32,000 nt of DNA, taken from Acidothermus cellulolyticus 11B (GTDB lineage Bacteria; Actinomycetota; Actinomycetes; Acidothermales; Acidothermaceae). Below are positions 11,633 to 21,135 of this stretch, piece after piece. Numbering within the stretch: the stretch's first letter is position 1; each line of letters opens with the position of its first letter. A program made the translations under genes and the position numbers. The notes below the pieces were generated by a model. It was not told the origin of the DNA. It ran no database searches and was given only the letters and a program-made list of their open reading frames with translations. The stretch lies in the NCBI RefSeq assembly GCF_000015025.1, contig NC_008578.1, positions 2,400,001 to 2,432,000 on the forward strand, given 5' to 3'.

Positions 11633-12064
11633 CTCGACCGAAACCGTCGCGCTGACCTCCGGGTGGAGCCGCACGGTGACCTGGTGGCTGCCAATCGTCT
11701 TGATCGGGCCGCTGATCTCAATGCGCCGCTTGTCGAGCTTCGGCCCACCCGCCGCGTGCACCGCGGCAGCGATGTCGTCCGGCGTGACCGATCCGAAGAG
11801 CCGGCCGCCGCTTCCCGCCCGCGCGGGCAGCGTAACCGGCAGGGCCTCCAGCTGATCCCGCAAGGCACGCGCCTGATCGAGGTCCCGGATCTCCCGGACT
11901 TCCCGCGCACGCTTGATCAGCGCAACCTGCTTGACCGCGCCGGGGCTTGCCGGCATGGCCAACCGCTTGGGGAGCAGGTAGTTGCGGCCGTACCCGTCGC
12001 GAACCTCCACGACGTCGCCGGGACCACCGAGTCCGGCGACCTCCTGGGTCAGGATGAGTTTCAC
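11615..12064 (-). CDS. rplI: 50S ribosomal protein L9
   Basis: [20 protein letters not shown]-terminus. GTG 12064 follows AGGAGGAGG. The upstream part of the track ORF overlaps rpsS18 out of frame. Confidence 0.95.
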   Translation of the reverse strand: MKLILTQEVAGLGGPGDVVEVRDGYGRNYLLPKRLAMPASPGAVKQVALIKRAREVREIRDLDQARALRDQLEALPVTLPARAGSGGRLFGSVTPDDIAAAVHAAGGPKLDKRRIEISGPIKTIGSHQVTVRLHPEVSATVSVEVVPAS

Positions 12065-12072
12065 GCCTCCTC

Positions 12073-12318
12073 CTACCGTGCCGCGTTGGTGTAGGGCAGC
12101 AGCGCCATTTCGCGGCTGTTCTTGATGGCCGTCGCGACGTCGCGCTGATGCTGCGCGCAATTCCCCGTCACCCGGCGGGCCCTGATCTTGCCGCGGTCCG
12201 AGATGAATTTCCGCAGCAGATTGGTGTCCTTGTAGTCCACGTAGGTGATGCCTTCCTTGCAGAAGACACACACCTTCTTCTTCGGCTTGCGTGCCGGAGC
12301 TTTCGTCATGGTGCTCAC
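12073..12318 (-). CDS. rpsR: 30S ribosomal protein S18
   Basis: [32 protein letters not shown]. The start is GTG 12318 or ATG 12309. Confidence 0.95.
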   Translation of the reverse strand: MSTMTKAPARKPKKKVCVFCKEGITYVDYKDTNLLRKFISDRGKIRARRVTGNCAQHQRDVATAIKNSREMALLPYTNAAR

Positions 12319-12370
12319 TTTCCGTCGTGCTGATACCGGCCGGTGTCCCGACCATTCGTCATCGTCGAAG

Positions 12371-12832
12371 TCAGAAAGGTGGTTCGTCGGAGAAGTTCCC
12401 GGTCGCTGAGCCGGCCGCCCACGGATCCTCCGCTACCGGAGCGAGGCCCGCCGGCCCACCGCTGCGGGACGCCTTCGTCACCTTCGCCGACGCATTGCGC
12501 AAACTCGGACCGACGTCATCGACGTCGACCTCGAAGACGGTACGGCGCTCGCCGTCCTTGGTCTCGTAGCTGCGCTGCTTCAACCGACCCTGCACAATCA
12601 CCCGCATGCCGCGGGAGAGCGACTCGGCCACGTTCTCCGCCGTCTGTCGCCAGACATTGCAGGTCAGGAAAAGGCTTTCGCCGTCCTTCCACTCGTTGGT
12701 CTGCCGGTCGAGGTACCGCGGGGTGGACGCCACCCGGAACTTTGCGACGGCTTGACCGCTCGGCGTGAACCGCAGCTCCGGGTCATCCACCAGATTGCCG
12801 ACCAACGTAATGATCGTGTCGCCGGCTGCCAT
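12371..12832 (-). CDS. ssb: Single-stranded DNA-binding protein
   Basis: OB-fold N-terminus [19 protein letters not shown], Gly/Pro-rich linker and acidic tip DEPPF. ATG 12832 lies 2 nt after the rpsF stop. Confidence 0.95.
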   Translation of the reverse strand: MAAGDTIITLVGNLVDDPELRFTPSGQAVAKFRVASTPRYLDRQTNEWKDGESLFLTCNVWRQTAENVAESLSRGMRVIVQGRLKQRSYETKDGERRTVFEVDVDDVGPSLRNASAKVTKASRSGGPAGLAPVAEDPWAAGSATGNFSDEPPF

Positions 12833-12834
12833 GG

Positions 12835-13125
12835 CTACCGCGCATCCGGTCGGACCAGCTTGGTCCGCAAGACGTTCTCGTTGAGATTGAGCTGGCGGTC
12901 CAGCTCCTTGACGGTCTGCGGGTTGGCGATCAGATCGATCACCGCGTAGATCCCCTCGGACTTCTTGCGGATCTCGTATGCCAACCGACGACGACCCCAT
13001 ACGTCGATCTTCTGCACGGTACCGCCGTCCTGGCGGACGACGTTGAGGAACTGATCGAGCGACGGCTCGACGCTGCGCTCCTCGACGTCGGGGTCGAGCA
13101 GAACCATGAGTTCGTAATGCCGCAC
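12835..13125 (-). CDS. rpsF: 30S ribosomal protein S6
   Basis: [23 protein letters not shown] 13125 follows AAGGAGG. The 28 upstream codons of the track ORF were not used. Confidence 0.93.
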   Translation of the reverse strand: MRHYELMVLLDPDVEERSVEPSLDQFLNVVRQDGGTVQKIDVWGRRRLAYEIRKKSEGIYAVIDLIANPQTVKELDRQLNLNENVLRTKLVRPDAR

Positions 13126-13205
13126 GAAAGACCTCCTTCGGTCTGACGGCCACCAGGGTGGCAGGAGGAACGCCGACGCCACAGTTGGCGTCAGCACAGA
13201 ATAGC
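13126..13205 (-). promoter_or_regulatory. Structured rpsF 5' leader (candidate autoregulatory element)
   Basis: On the minus-strand RNA there is a 7-9 bp hairpin at 13173-13194 (GACGCCA-ACUG-UGGCGUC). A GCCACC/GGUGGC hairpin lies at 13149-13162. CCUCCU (13163-13168) can pair with the SD AGGAGG (13132-13137). Confidence 0.3.
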
Positions 13206-14663
13206 TCACCCGGGTGCAAGCCGGAACTCCGCCGCGGCTCCCGCCGGCACCGCCGGCTGGGCGGCAACGGTGCTCCGGGGCGCCAGCCAGTCCGGCGCAC
13301 CGTCGAGTACGCCGCCGGCGGGGTCGTCACTCCCGTCACGGCGGACGATGTCGCGTTCCGGTTTGAACATCTCGACGGTGACGAGCACACAGAGGAAGAG
13401 AACGGCGAGGTCGCGGATCGCCAGGCCGACGAGGTACGGCTGCCACTCGAGCCCCTTGCCGGGCCGTTCCACGTTGAGCAGGTACAGCCAGATCGCGAGG
13501 AAGTACAGCACCTCGCCGAACTGCCACACCAGGAACGACGGCCACCGCGGCCGCGCGAGCACCGCGAGCGGGAGCAGCCAGAGCACGTACTGGGGGGAGT
13601 ACACCTTGTTGACCAGCAGGAAGAGCGCCAGCGTCACAAAGGCCAGCGACGCCAACCGGGGTCGGCGCGGCGTACTGAAGGCAATAACCGCGACGATGAG
13701 GACGACGACCACCGTGGCGACTGCTTCGACGAGATTGACCTGCCGGGTGGTGTAGCCGATGCCGCGGATTTGCTCGATCGCATACCAGATCGAACCCCAA
13801 TCCGGACCGCGCTCCGCGTTGAACCGGTAAAACGTCGCGAAACCTTCCGGTGATTTCAGCCATATCGGCACGTCAACCAATGCCCAGGAGAAGGCGGCGC
13901 CGCCGAGGCAGGCGAAGAACGCACCCAGTCGCTTTGCCCGCAGGCAGAGGAGGAAGAGCGGCAGGAAGAAGATGATCGGGTAGAACTTTGTGGCAATGCC
14001 GAGACCAAAGAGCAGGCCGGCGATCGCCGGATGGCGGCGGGACCAGGCATAAAAAGCCAACGCGCTGAATGCGACCGCAATGAGATCCCAGTTGATCAAG
14101 CCGGCGAGAATCAGCCCAGGGGCGAGGGCTACCATCGCGGCGTCCCACGGACGGCGTCGATTCGTCAATGCCGTCGCGACAACGGTGATGAGAGCCGCAA
14201 TCGCGAGAATGAACCAGTTGGCGTCGAGAAACCGCTGACCGGGCGTGGATTTCGGGGTGATCGGATGCTTCGCGAGCGAAGCGGTCACCTGCATCGTCGC
14301 GCCGATCAGCACCGGGTATTCGACGTAGGTCGGTTTTCCGTTGGCGTCCGGATGTGCGTCCAGATACGGCCGCTTTCCTTGGGCCAGTCCTTCGGAGTAG
14401 TAGAGCGGAAAAATGTCGGTGTAACACACGTGGCTGTACTGGAAGCCATTGCTCCACGCGGCGTTCCGGCAGGGGAGCTTCTGGGCGTACATCAGCCCGG
14501 ACGCCGCAAGGACGAAGACGATGAGAACCCGGATCGGCGTCCACCACGAGCTGCCGAGAAGGGCGTGCCGGCCGAGCGGTCCGCCGAAGGCATAGCTCGC
14601 GCCGCGAACGACCGGGTCTTCCAACGTCGGCGCGGCGATCTCTGTCGGGAGAGGCGCATCCAC
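13206..14663 (-). CDS. Polytopic membrane protein, Rv0051-like (GT87/DUF2029-type glycosyltransferase)
   Basis: 485 aa with many hydrophobic segments. It holds the conserved position between ponA and rpsF. The family assignment is from memory of homolog annotation and is not verified. Confidence 0.7.
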   Translation of the reverse strand: MDAPLPTEIAAPTLEDPVVRGASYAFGGPLGRHALLGSSWWTPIRVLIVFVLAASGLMYAQKLPCRNAAWSNGFQYSHVCYTDIFPLYYSEGLAQGKRPYLDAHPDANGKPTYVEYPVLIGATMQVTASLAKHPITPKSTPGQRFLDANWFILAIAALITVVATALTNRRRPWDAAMVALAPGLILAGLINWDLIAVAFSALAFYAWSRRHPAIAGLLFGLGIATKFYPIIFFLPLFLLCLRAKRLGAFFACLGGAAFSWALVDVPIWLKSPEGFATFYRFNAERGPDWGSIWYAIEQIRGIGYTTRQVNLVEAVATVVVVLIVAVIAFSTPRRPRLASLAFVTLALFLLVNKVYSPQYVLWLLPLAVLARPRWPSFLVWQFGEVLYFLAIWLYLLNVERPGKGLEWQPYLVGLAIRDLAVLFLCVLVTVEMFKPERDIVRRDGSDDPAGGVLDGAPDWLAPRSTVAAQPAVPAGAAAEFRLAPG

Positions 14664-14720
14664 AGCAGGTCAACGTATCGCGTGCCGATCCGGCGCGCGC
14701 CACGGCTCGCCGGACTCCCG

Positions 14721-16889
14721 CTACGGGCTTCCCCGCGGTGACGGTACCGCCGATGTGGATGCGGCAGGCGACCCGGCCGACGGCGACGCCGAGGAGGACG
14801 GCGGCGACATCGGGGACGGCGACGTTGTCCCCGTCGGGGAGGGGCTCGCCGGCGACGCCGGTGTCGGCGTCGGACTCGGGCTCGGGCTCGGGCTTGAGCT
14901 CGGGCTCGGGCTTGGCGACGGCGTCGCGGCCAGCACCGTCGGCGGCACCGGGGAAAAATCGGTGACCGGCGTTCCGGCGAGGGCGGCCGTCATGAAGGCG
15001 GCCCACAGCTTGGCCGGCAGGGTGCCGCCGTAGACCTGCCGATAGCCGCCGATATTCACCAGCGGCGCGTTGCCGTCGCGGAACATCGCCACTGCGGCGG
15101 AGAGTTGCGGCGTGTAGCCGACGAACCACGCGGAAACATTGCCGGAGGTCGTGCCGGTCTTTCCGGCAGCCGGCCGGCCGATGTTGGCTGCAGTTCCGGT
15201 TCCCTCGGAGATGACGTGCCTCAACGCATACGTCACGCCGCGGGCGACCCCGGGGGCAAAGGCCTTGGCCGGCTTGACCTTCGCCTGGTAGAGCAGGTGC
15301 CCGGCGCTGTCCGTCACCTTGGTGACCAGGTAATGCTCGGCTCGCACGCCGTCCGCCGCGAACGTGGCGTAACCGGTCGCCTGATCGATTGGGTGCGCCG
15401 AGTCACTGCCCAAGAGCATCGAGCCGTTCCGGGACAGCTCCCCCGGGAGGCCGGCGCGATGGGCCGCGTCGATAACCCGGTCGAGGCCGACCTGCTGACC
15501 GAGCTGTTCGTACACGGTATTGACCGAGTACGCCGTCGCCGTGACCAGGTCGATGCGACCGAATTGCTCGTTGTTGTCATTCACGTACCGCTGGCCGCCA
15601 ATGATCTGCGGCGAGTGGCCGTCGTACGTCGCGCTCAACGGAATCCCGCGTTCCAAGGCGGCTGCGAGTACGTACGGTTTGAACGACGAACCCATCGGCG
15701 GGATGGACTGCGTCGCGTCATTGAACGGCCTGGTGGCGTAGTCGGGGCCGCCGTACATGGCGAGCACCGCCCCCGTGCCGGGTTGAACGGCGGCGACACC
15801 GGTACGTACGTCAGGGGGGAGACCGCTGGTGATGCGGCTCACCGCTTGCACCAGCGCGGCTTGCACCTTCGGGTCAAATGTCGTCACAATCCGCATGCCG
15901 CCGCGATTGATCTCATTCTCGGTGATGCCATGCGCCGCCAGCTCATCCTTGACGGCTGCGACCAGGTAGCCGTTTGGGCCGCGGAGCGCGCTCGACGCGG
16001 TGAGCGGCAAAACTCGCGGGTACTGTGAGGCGGCGCGCTCGGCCGGCGTCATCCAGCCTTTGGCGACCATGCCGGCAAGGACGTAATTCCATCGGTCATG
16101 CGCAGCCTGCGGATGAATCGCGGGATCGAGATAGGACGGCGCTTGAATGGACGCAGCGAGCACCGCTCCCTCCTGCACCGTCAACTGGCGAACGTCCTTG
16201 CCGAAATAGGCCCGTGACGCGGCTTCGATTCCGTACGCGCCGCGGCCGAAGTAAATAGTGTTCAGGTAGTTTTCGAGGATTTGATCCTTGCTCTGCGTCT
16301 GACCGATTTTGATGGCGATGAAAAATTCCTTGACCTTGCGGGTCAGGGTGCGGTCTTGCGTGAGAAAAGCGTTCTTCACGTACTGCTGGGTGATCGTGGA
16401 GCCGCCCTCGACGAAGTCCCGATGGCGCAGATCGACCAGAGCCGCCCGCAGGATGCCGATCGGCGAGACGGCTGGCTCCGAGTAAAAGTTCCGATCCTCC
16501 GCAGCGAGCACGGCGCGGCGAACCGGCAACGGTATCTGCGCCAAGGGAACCGATTCCCGGTTCCGGGCGCCGATCTCGCCGAGAACCGTCCGCCCGTCGT
16601 TGTAGTAAACGGTGGCCGCCTGTGCGAGCGACAGACTCGACGGTTGCGGCACCCGGACCAAGGCGTAGCCGAGCGCGAAGAGCCCGGCCAGGAGCGCGAT
16701 CCCGATCCCCCCGCTGAGAACAAGGACCTTCCACGACGGGACCCACCGGCGCCAGCCGGTGCGGCGCGGTGGGGAAGCCGGACGGGTGCGCGCCGGGGAT
16801 GTCGTCACGGAGCGTTTCGTACCCGGCGCGACACGGCTCATCCGCCGTTCAGCCGAGCCGCTGTGCGACGGCCGGTACCGATCAGGCAC
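14721..16889 (-). CDS. ponA: Class A penicillin-binding protein (transglycosylase/transpeptidase)
   Basis: GT51 motifs EDRNFYSE and GGSTITQQYVKN. Transpeptidase motifs SSFKP, SVN and KTGT. N-terminal TM segment and a Pro/Ser/Thr-rich C-terminal tail. The start is GTG 16889 or ATG 16841. Confidence 0.93.
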   Translation of the reverse strand: MPDRYRPSHSGSAERRMSRVAPGTKRSVTTSPARTRPASPPRRTGWRRWVPSWKVLVLSGGIGIALLAGLFALGYALVRVPQPSSLSLAQAATVYYNDGRTVLGEIGARNRESVPLAQIPLPVRRAVLAAEDRNFYSEPAVSPIGILRAALVDLRHRDFVEGGSTITQQYVKNAFLTQDRTLTRKVKEFFIAIKIGQTQSKDQILENYLNTIYFGRGAYGIEAASRAYFGKDVRQLTVQEGAVLAASIQAPSYLDPAIHPQAAHDRWNYVLAGMVAKGWMTPAERAASQYPRVLPLTASSALRGPNGYLVAAVKDELAAHGITENEINRGGMRIVTTFDPKVQAALVQAVSRITSGLPPDVRTGVAAVQPGTGAVLAMYGGPDYATRPFNDATQSIPPMGSSFKPYVLAAALERGIPLSATYDGHSPQIIGGQRYVNDNNEQFGRIDLVTATAYSVNTVYEQLGQQVGLDRVIDAAHRAGLPGELSRNGSMLLGSDSAHPIDQATGYATFAADGVRAEHYLVTKVTDSAGHLLYQAKVKPAKAFAPGVARGVTYALRHVISEGTGTAANIGRPAAGKTGTTSGNVSAWFVGYTPQLSAAVAMFRDGNAPLVNIGGYRQVYGGTLPAKLWAAFMTAALAGTPVTDFSPVPPTVLAATPSPSPSPSSSPSPSPSPTPTPASPASPSPTGTTSPSPMSPPSSSASPSAGSPAASTSAVPSPRGSP
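14872..14913. repeat. Hexamer microsatellite (GGGCTC-like, 7 units; 18-bp higher-order unit x2) encoding the (SP)n tail of PonA
   Basis: 14878-14895 and 14896-14913 are 17/18 identical. On the minus strand the region translates to SPSPSSSPSPSPSP. Confidence 0.85.
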
Positions 16890-16898
16890 GGGGAGTGA

Positions 16899-17324
16899 TC
16901 AGCCGTCGGCCGTCAACTGATCGGCCCGCGTCCGCCGCCGTCCGCCCGACCGCTGCGGCGCGCGGCCGTGACCGAGCACGAAGGTCAGGGCAAGGTGATT
17001 CCACGCGCAGCCCTGGCAGACCTCGACGACGTACACCCGGAACTCGTGGATCTCGTGCTCCATCTCCTCCAGTTCCCGCGTCGCTTTGATCCGCCCGTTG
17101 TACTCGCCGAGTGCATCGCCGTAGGTGTACGAGACCCGGGTGAGAAGTTCCTTTCGGCACACCGGGCACGGCTCGTTGGTCGGCTCACCGTGAAACTTCG
17201 CCGCGCGCAGCAGGTACGGGTGCGCGTCGCAGACGTCGCTGAGCGGTACTTGACCGCGGGCCACGGCCTGTAAGGTGGCGCGACGGGCGAGGGAGTAGTC
17301 GACCACCGATCGCATCGTCTCCAC
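16899..17324 (-). CDS. Rv0049-like (DUF5318-type) conserved actinobacterial protein, putative zinc ribbon
   Basis: 141 aa with CPVC..CQGC cysteine pairs. It holds the conserved position between padR and ponA. Confidence 0.75.
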   Translation of the reverse strand: METMRSVVDYSLARRATLQAVARGQVPLSDVCDAHPYLLRAAKFHGEPTNEPCPVCRKELLTRVSYTYGDALGEYNGRIKATRELEEMEHEIHEFRVYVVEVCQGCAWNHLALTFVLGHGRAPQRSGGRRRTRADQLTADG

Positions 17325-17342
17325 GCAGTCACACTACGCCGG

Positions 17343-17371
17343 TTGCGAGCCAAGCTCCGCGACTCTATCGT
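17343..17371 (+). promoter_or_regulatory. Sigma-70-type promoter for padR
   Basis: -35 TTGCGA (17343-17348), a 17-nt spacer and -10 TATCGT (17366-17371). Confidence 0.45.
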
Positions 17372-17373
17372 TG

Positions 17374-17396
17374 CGATGTATCGTGCAGATACATCG
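17374..17396. promoter_or_regulatory. Perfect 9-bp inverted repeat, candidate PadR operator
   Basis: CGATGTATC-GTGCA-GATACATCG lies immediately downstream of the -10 element. It contains ATGT/ACAT half-sites. Confidence 0.5.
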
Positions 17397-17419
17397 TGGT
17401 GACTGGTCGAGGAGGCTCA

Positions 17420-18019
17420 ATGGCGTCGTCCCGGCGCTCCGGCGTGCTCGTGCTCGCCGTCCTCGGCCTGCTTCACGAATCGCCGATGCACGGCTACGAG
17501 CTTCGCAAGCGCCTCAACGCCATCCTCGGTCCATTCCGGGCTTTTTCCTACGGCTCGCTGTACCCGTGCCTGAAGGAACTGCTCGCCGCAGGGCTGGTGA
17601 CCGTGGACGGCGAACCAACCGGCAGCCGCAGCCGCATCGTGTACAAGATCACAGCAGAAGGCAAGGAGCATCTCCAAGAATTGCTCGCCGAATCCGGCCC
17701 GTCATCGTGGGACGACGAGAATTTCGACGTCCACTTCGCCTTCTTCGGTCAGACGAGCTCCGACGTGCGGCTGCGCATCCTGGAGGGACGGCGGAATCGG
17801 CTGGAAGAGAAGCTCGCGCAGGTCCGGGCCACCCTGGCGCGCACCCGGGAGCGGCTGGACAGCTACACCCTGCAGCTCCAGCAGCACGGGTTGGAATCCG
17901 TCGAACGCGAGGTGCGCTGGCTCACCGAGCTCATCGAGACCGAACGGCAGACGGCATACCGCCCTCGGGCAGGCCGGGATCGGGACAGTACCGCCGGCGG
18001 GACCGGTGATTCGCCGTGA
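17420..18019 (+). CDS. PadR-family transcriptional regulator
   Basis: Winged-helix N-terminus LLHESPMHGYELRKRL..SYGSLYPCLKEL. ATG 17420 follows GAGGAGG. Confidence 0.9.
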   Translation: MASSRRSGVLVLAVLGLLHESPMHGYELRKRLNAILGPFRAFSYGSLYPCLKELLAAGLVTVDGEPTGSRSRIVYKITAEGKEHLQELLAESGPSSWDDENFDVHFAFFGQTSSDVRLRILEGRRNRLEEKLAQVRATLARTRERLDSYTLQLQQHGLESVEREVRWLTELIETERQTAYRPRAGRDRDSTAGGTGDSP

Positions 18020-18116
18020 CGTGCCGCGAGACGGCTCATCCCGCCTGGGATGACACATCTGGGACATCGATCAGCAACGAGACCGAGTAACGATCGGAAG
18101 GGACGAGGAGCACTCC

Positions 18117-19196
18117 ATGGGTTCAATTCGAGTAGCCATCGTTGGCGTCGGCAACTGCGCCGCCTCGTTGGTTCAGGGCGTCGAGTATTACCGGAACGCA
18201 AGCCCTGACGAGCGTGTGCCGGGGTTGATGCACGTGCAGTTCGGCCCTTACCACGTACGGGACGTCGAATTCGTCGCCGCCTTCGACGTTGACGCGAAGA
18301 AGGTCGGCCTCGATCTCGCGGACGCCATCGGCGCCAGCGAGAACAACACCATAAAGATTTGCGACGTGCCCCGGACCGGCGTCATCGTGCAGCGCGGTCA
18401 CACCTACGACGGGCTCGGCGAATACTACCGGGAGCGCATTCAAGAGTCCGATGAGCCGCCGGTGGACGTGGTCAAGGTCCTGCGTGACACCCAGGCGGAT
18501 GTCCTCGTCTCCTACCTTCCGGTGGGTTCTGAGGTTGCGGACCGCTTCTACGCGCAGTGCGCTCTCGACGCCGGTGTGGCGTTCGTCAACGCCCTGCCGG
18601 TTTTCATCGCCAGCGATCCGGTCTGGGCGCAGAAATTCACCGACGCCGGCGTACCCATCATCGGTGACGACATCAAGTCGCAGGTCGGCGCCACCATCAC
18701 CCATCGCGTCCTCGCCAAGCTCTTCGAGGACCGCGGCGTCGAACTGCTCCGCACGTACCAGCTGAACTTCGGCGGGAACATGGATTTCATGAACATGCTG
18801 GAGCGGCAGCGGCTCCAATCGAAGAAAATTTCCAAGACGCAGTCGGTCACCTCGCAAATCCCTCACGAGATGGAGCGTGCGGCCGTGCACATCGGCCCGA
18901 GCGACTACGTGCCGTGGCTGGATGACCGCAAATGGGCGTATGTCCGCTTGGAGGGACGAGCCTTCGGCGACGTACCGCTCAATTTGGAATACAAGCTCGA
19001 GGTGTGGGATTCACCGAATTCCGCCGGTGTCATCATCGACGCCATTCGAGCCGCGAAAATCGGCAAGGACCGCGGCATCGGCGGACCGCTGCTCTCCGCG
19101 GCCAGTTACTTCATGAAGAGCCCCCCGGTGCAGTACAGCGATGACGAGGCCCGCCGGCTCGTGGAGGACTTCATCGCCGGAAAAGTCGAACGCTGA
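18117..19196 (+). CDS. ino1: myo-Inositol-1-phosphate synthase
   Basis: 359 aa with N-terminus [18 protein letters not shown]-like and full-length similarity to actinobacterial Ino1. GAGGAG SD upstream. Confidence 0.93.
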   Translation: MGSIRVAIVGVGNCAASLVQGVEYYRNASPDERVPGLMHVQFGPYHVRDVEFVAAFDVDAKKVGLDLADAIGASENNTIKICDVPRTGVIVQRGHTYDGLGEYYRERIQESDEPPVDVVKVLRDTQADVLVSYLPVGSEVADRFYAQCALDAGVAFVNALPVFIASDPVWAQKFTDAGVPIIGDDIKSQVGATITHRVLAKLFEDRGVELLRTYQLNFGGNMDFMNMLERQRLQSKKISKTQSVTSQIPHEMERAAVHIGPSDYVPWLDDRKWAYVRLEGRAFGDVPLNLEYKLEVWDSPNSAGVIIDAIRAAKIGKDRGIGGPLLSAASYFMKSPPVQYSDDEARRLVEDFIAGKVER

Positions 19197-19235
19197 CCGC
19201 CGATACAAGCAATCGACAGAAGCGGTTCGGAATTC

Positions 19236-19279
19236 TCGGGAACGGCGGGGATGACGAGGGGGCGTTCCGCCGTTCCCGA
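19236..19279. terminator. Strong hairpin between convergent ino1 and cca genes (candidate bidirectional terminator)
   Basis: 13 Watson-Crick bp (19236-19248 with 19267-19279) plus 2 G-U pairs and a 14-nt loop. There is no U tract. Confidence 0.5.
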
Positions 19280-19354
19280 CGCCACCCACCCTCGGCTCAG
19301 GCAAGCCGCTGCTGACGCCCGGAGCCACGTTGCGGCTGCAGCGCCGGTTGGGGA

Positions 19355-20932
19355 TCAGCTGGTCTGATCACCGGCTGACGAGGCTTCACGGGTCTCGCCC
19401 GATGAAGCCGCCGTGTCGGGCGAGGATGCGCCTGCGTCGTCCCGAGGCGGCGGAGGTGCGGCTGTCGTCCGCGGGGTGATCCCGTGCTCGGCGGCCCATT
19501 CCCGCAGCACCGCAGCCGCGTTCTCCTTACCGATCGGTCCCCGCTCCAGGCGCAACTCCAGCAGGAAACGGTACGCACGACCGAGTTCCGGGCCGGGTGG
19601 AATCCCAAGGATTTCCCCGATTTCGTGGCCGTTCAACTCGGGCCGGATCGCGTCGATTTCCTCCTGCCGGCGCAACGCCTCGATCCGCTGCACCAGCGAG
19701 TCGTACGCCGCTTGCAGCGCCGCGGCCTTCTTCTTGTTGCGGGTCGTGCAGTCCGACCGGGTGAGTTTGTGCAGCCGGTCGAGCAGCGGGCCGGCGTCCC
19801 GCACGTACCGGCGGACCGCGGAGTCCGTCCACTCCCCGGTGCCGTAGCCGTGGAAACGCAAGTGCAATTCGACCAGGCGGCTCACGTCGTTCACGACGTC
19901 CTTGGGAAATTTCAGCGCGGTCAGCCGGGCCTTGGCGAGTTTCTTGCCGACGACTTCGTGGTGGTGGAAGGAGACCCGGCCATCGGGCTCCTTGCGGCGG
20001 GTCGCCGGCTTTCCGATGTCGTGCAGCAGCGCGGCAAGCCGCAGCACCAGGTCCGGTTCGCCGTCCTCGAGAGCAATGGCCTGGTCGAGGACCGTGAGCG
20101 TGTGCTCGTAGACGTCCTTGTGCCGGTACTCGCGGTCCGCCTCAAGCCGTCGCAACGCGGGCAGCTCCGGCAGAAAGCGGTCCGCCAATCCGGTATCGAC
20201 GAGCAGAACCAGCCCCCGCCGCGGCTCCGGCGCAAGGAGCAGTTTGGTGAATTCGTCGCGAATCCGCTCAGCGGAGACCACGTCAAGCCGTGCCGCCATC
20301 GCGGTCATCGCGGCAACCACGTGCGGGTCGACGGTGAAACCGAGCTGGGCGGCAAACCGCGCGGCCCGCAGCATCCGCAGCGGATCGTCGCTGAAGGAAT
20401 CCTCCGGACGCCCTGGGGTAGTGATCCGACGACGCAGCAGGTCCCGGATGCCGTCGAAGGGGTCGACCAGCTCGTGTTCGGGCAGCGTCAGAGCGATCGC
20501 GTTGACCGTGAAGTCCCGCCGCTTCAAGTCATCCAGCAGGGATTCGCCGTACTCCACCGCCGGCTTCCGGGACGTCGGATCGTACCGCTCGGCCCGGTAC
20601 GTTGTGATCTCCAGGTGGTAGCGGTCCTTCCGTAGGCCCACCGTGCCGAAGGCGATCCCGGTCTCCCATTGGCTCTCCGCCCAGCCCTTCGCAAGTTTCA
20701 GCACCTCATCGGGCCGGGCGCTGGTCGCCAAGTCAAGATCAACGACGGGACGCTCGAGCAGGGCGTCACGAATCGACCCACCAACAAGCGCCAGCTCATG
20801 CCCGCCATGCGCGAACCGCTGGCCGAGCTCGTCGAGCATCGGCAGGACCTCGGCAAGATCGGACAGCGCCTTGGCGCGCGCTTCGGCCAGGAGGCTGACA
20901 GCGGTCATCGCGGTAACAGGCTGGCTGGACAC
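19355..20932 (-). CDS. cca: CCA-adding tRNA nucleotidyltransferase / poly(A) polymerase family with HD domain
   Basis: GGSIRDALL, DLDLAT and RRDFTVNA nucleotidyltransferase motifs. LLHDIGKP HD motif. Low-complexity C-terminal tail. GTG start. Confidence 0.92.
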   Translation of the reverse strand: MSSQPVTAMTAVSLLAEARAKALSDLAEVLPMLDELGQRFAHGGHELALVGGSIRDALLERPVVDLDLATSARPDEVLKLAKGWAESQWETGIAFGTVGLRKDRYHLEITTYRAERYDPTSRKPAVEYGESLLDDLKRRDFTVNAIALTLPEHELVDPFDGIRDLLRRRITTPGRPEDSFSDDPLRMLRAARFAAQLGFTVDPHVVAAMTAMAARLDVVSAERIRDEFTKLLLAPEPRRGLVLLVDTGLADRFLPELPALRRLEADREYRHKDVYEHTLTVLDQAIALEDGEPDLVLRLAALLHDIGKPATRRKEPDGRVSFHHHEVVGKKLAKARLTALKFPKDVVNDVSRLVELHLRFHGYGTGEWTDSAVRRYVRDAGPLLDRLHKLTRSDCTTRNKKKAAALQAAYDSLVQRIEALRRQEEIDAIRPELNGHEIGEILGIPPGPELGRAYRFLLELRLERGPIGKENAAAVLREWAAEHGITPRTTAAPPPPRDDAGASSPDTAASSGETREASSAGDQTS

Positions 20933-20973
20933 GGGTTCCTAGCGTAGGGGTGTCGGGCCGGCTGCGGCACAGT

Positions 20974-21002
20974 GGAGATCTCCGGTGACCTACATCGATG
21001 TA
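20974..21002. promoter_or_regulatory. Two adjacent perfect palindromes in the divergent cca/orphan promoter region
   Basis: GGAGATCTCC (20974-20983) and TACATCGATGTA (20991-21002). Confidence 0.35.
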
Positions 21003-21135
21003 CTTTTGTGCCGCTTATTGGTCACTCGCCCGTTCCGGTAGATTCAGCGGAAATTATGCCGGACGCCTCTTCCTTTTCCGTTCCCGGATGCCTAATGTGA
21101 TGACACCCGGATGCCCTTCCCCTGAGCGAGGTCAC

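Noticed and set aside
19221-19290. tRNA-like fragment (GGTTCGGAATTC resembles a T-loop, with CCACC downstream).
   Set aside because: No acceptor, D or anticodon arms can be drawn. The region folds instead as a single long hairpin.
20998-21135. N-terminal extension (46 codons) of the orphan ORF starting at ATG 20998.
   Set aside because: Third-position G/C is poor and the sequence is A/T-rich. Coding-type bias begins at ATG 21136, which has an SD-like GAGG.
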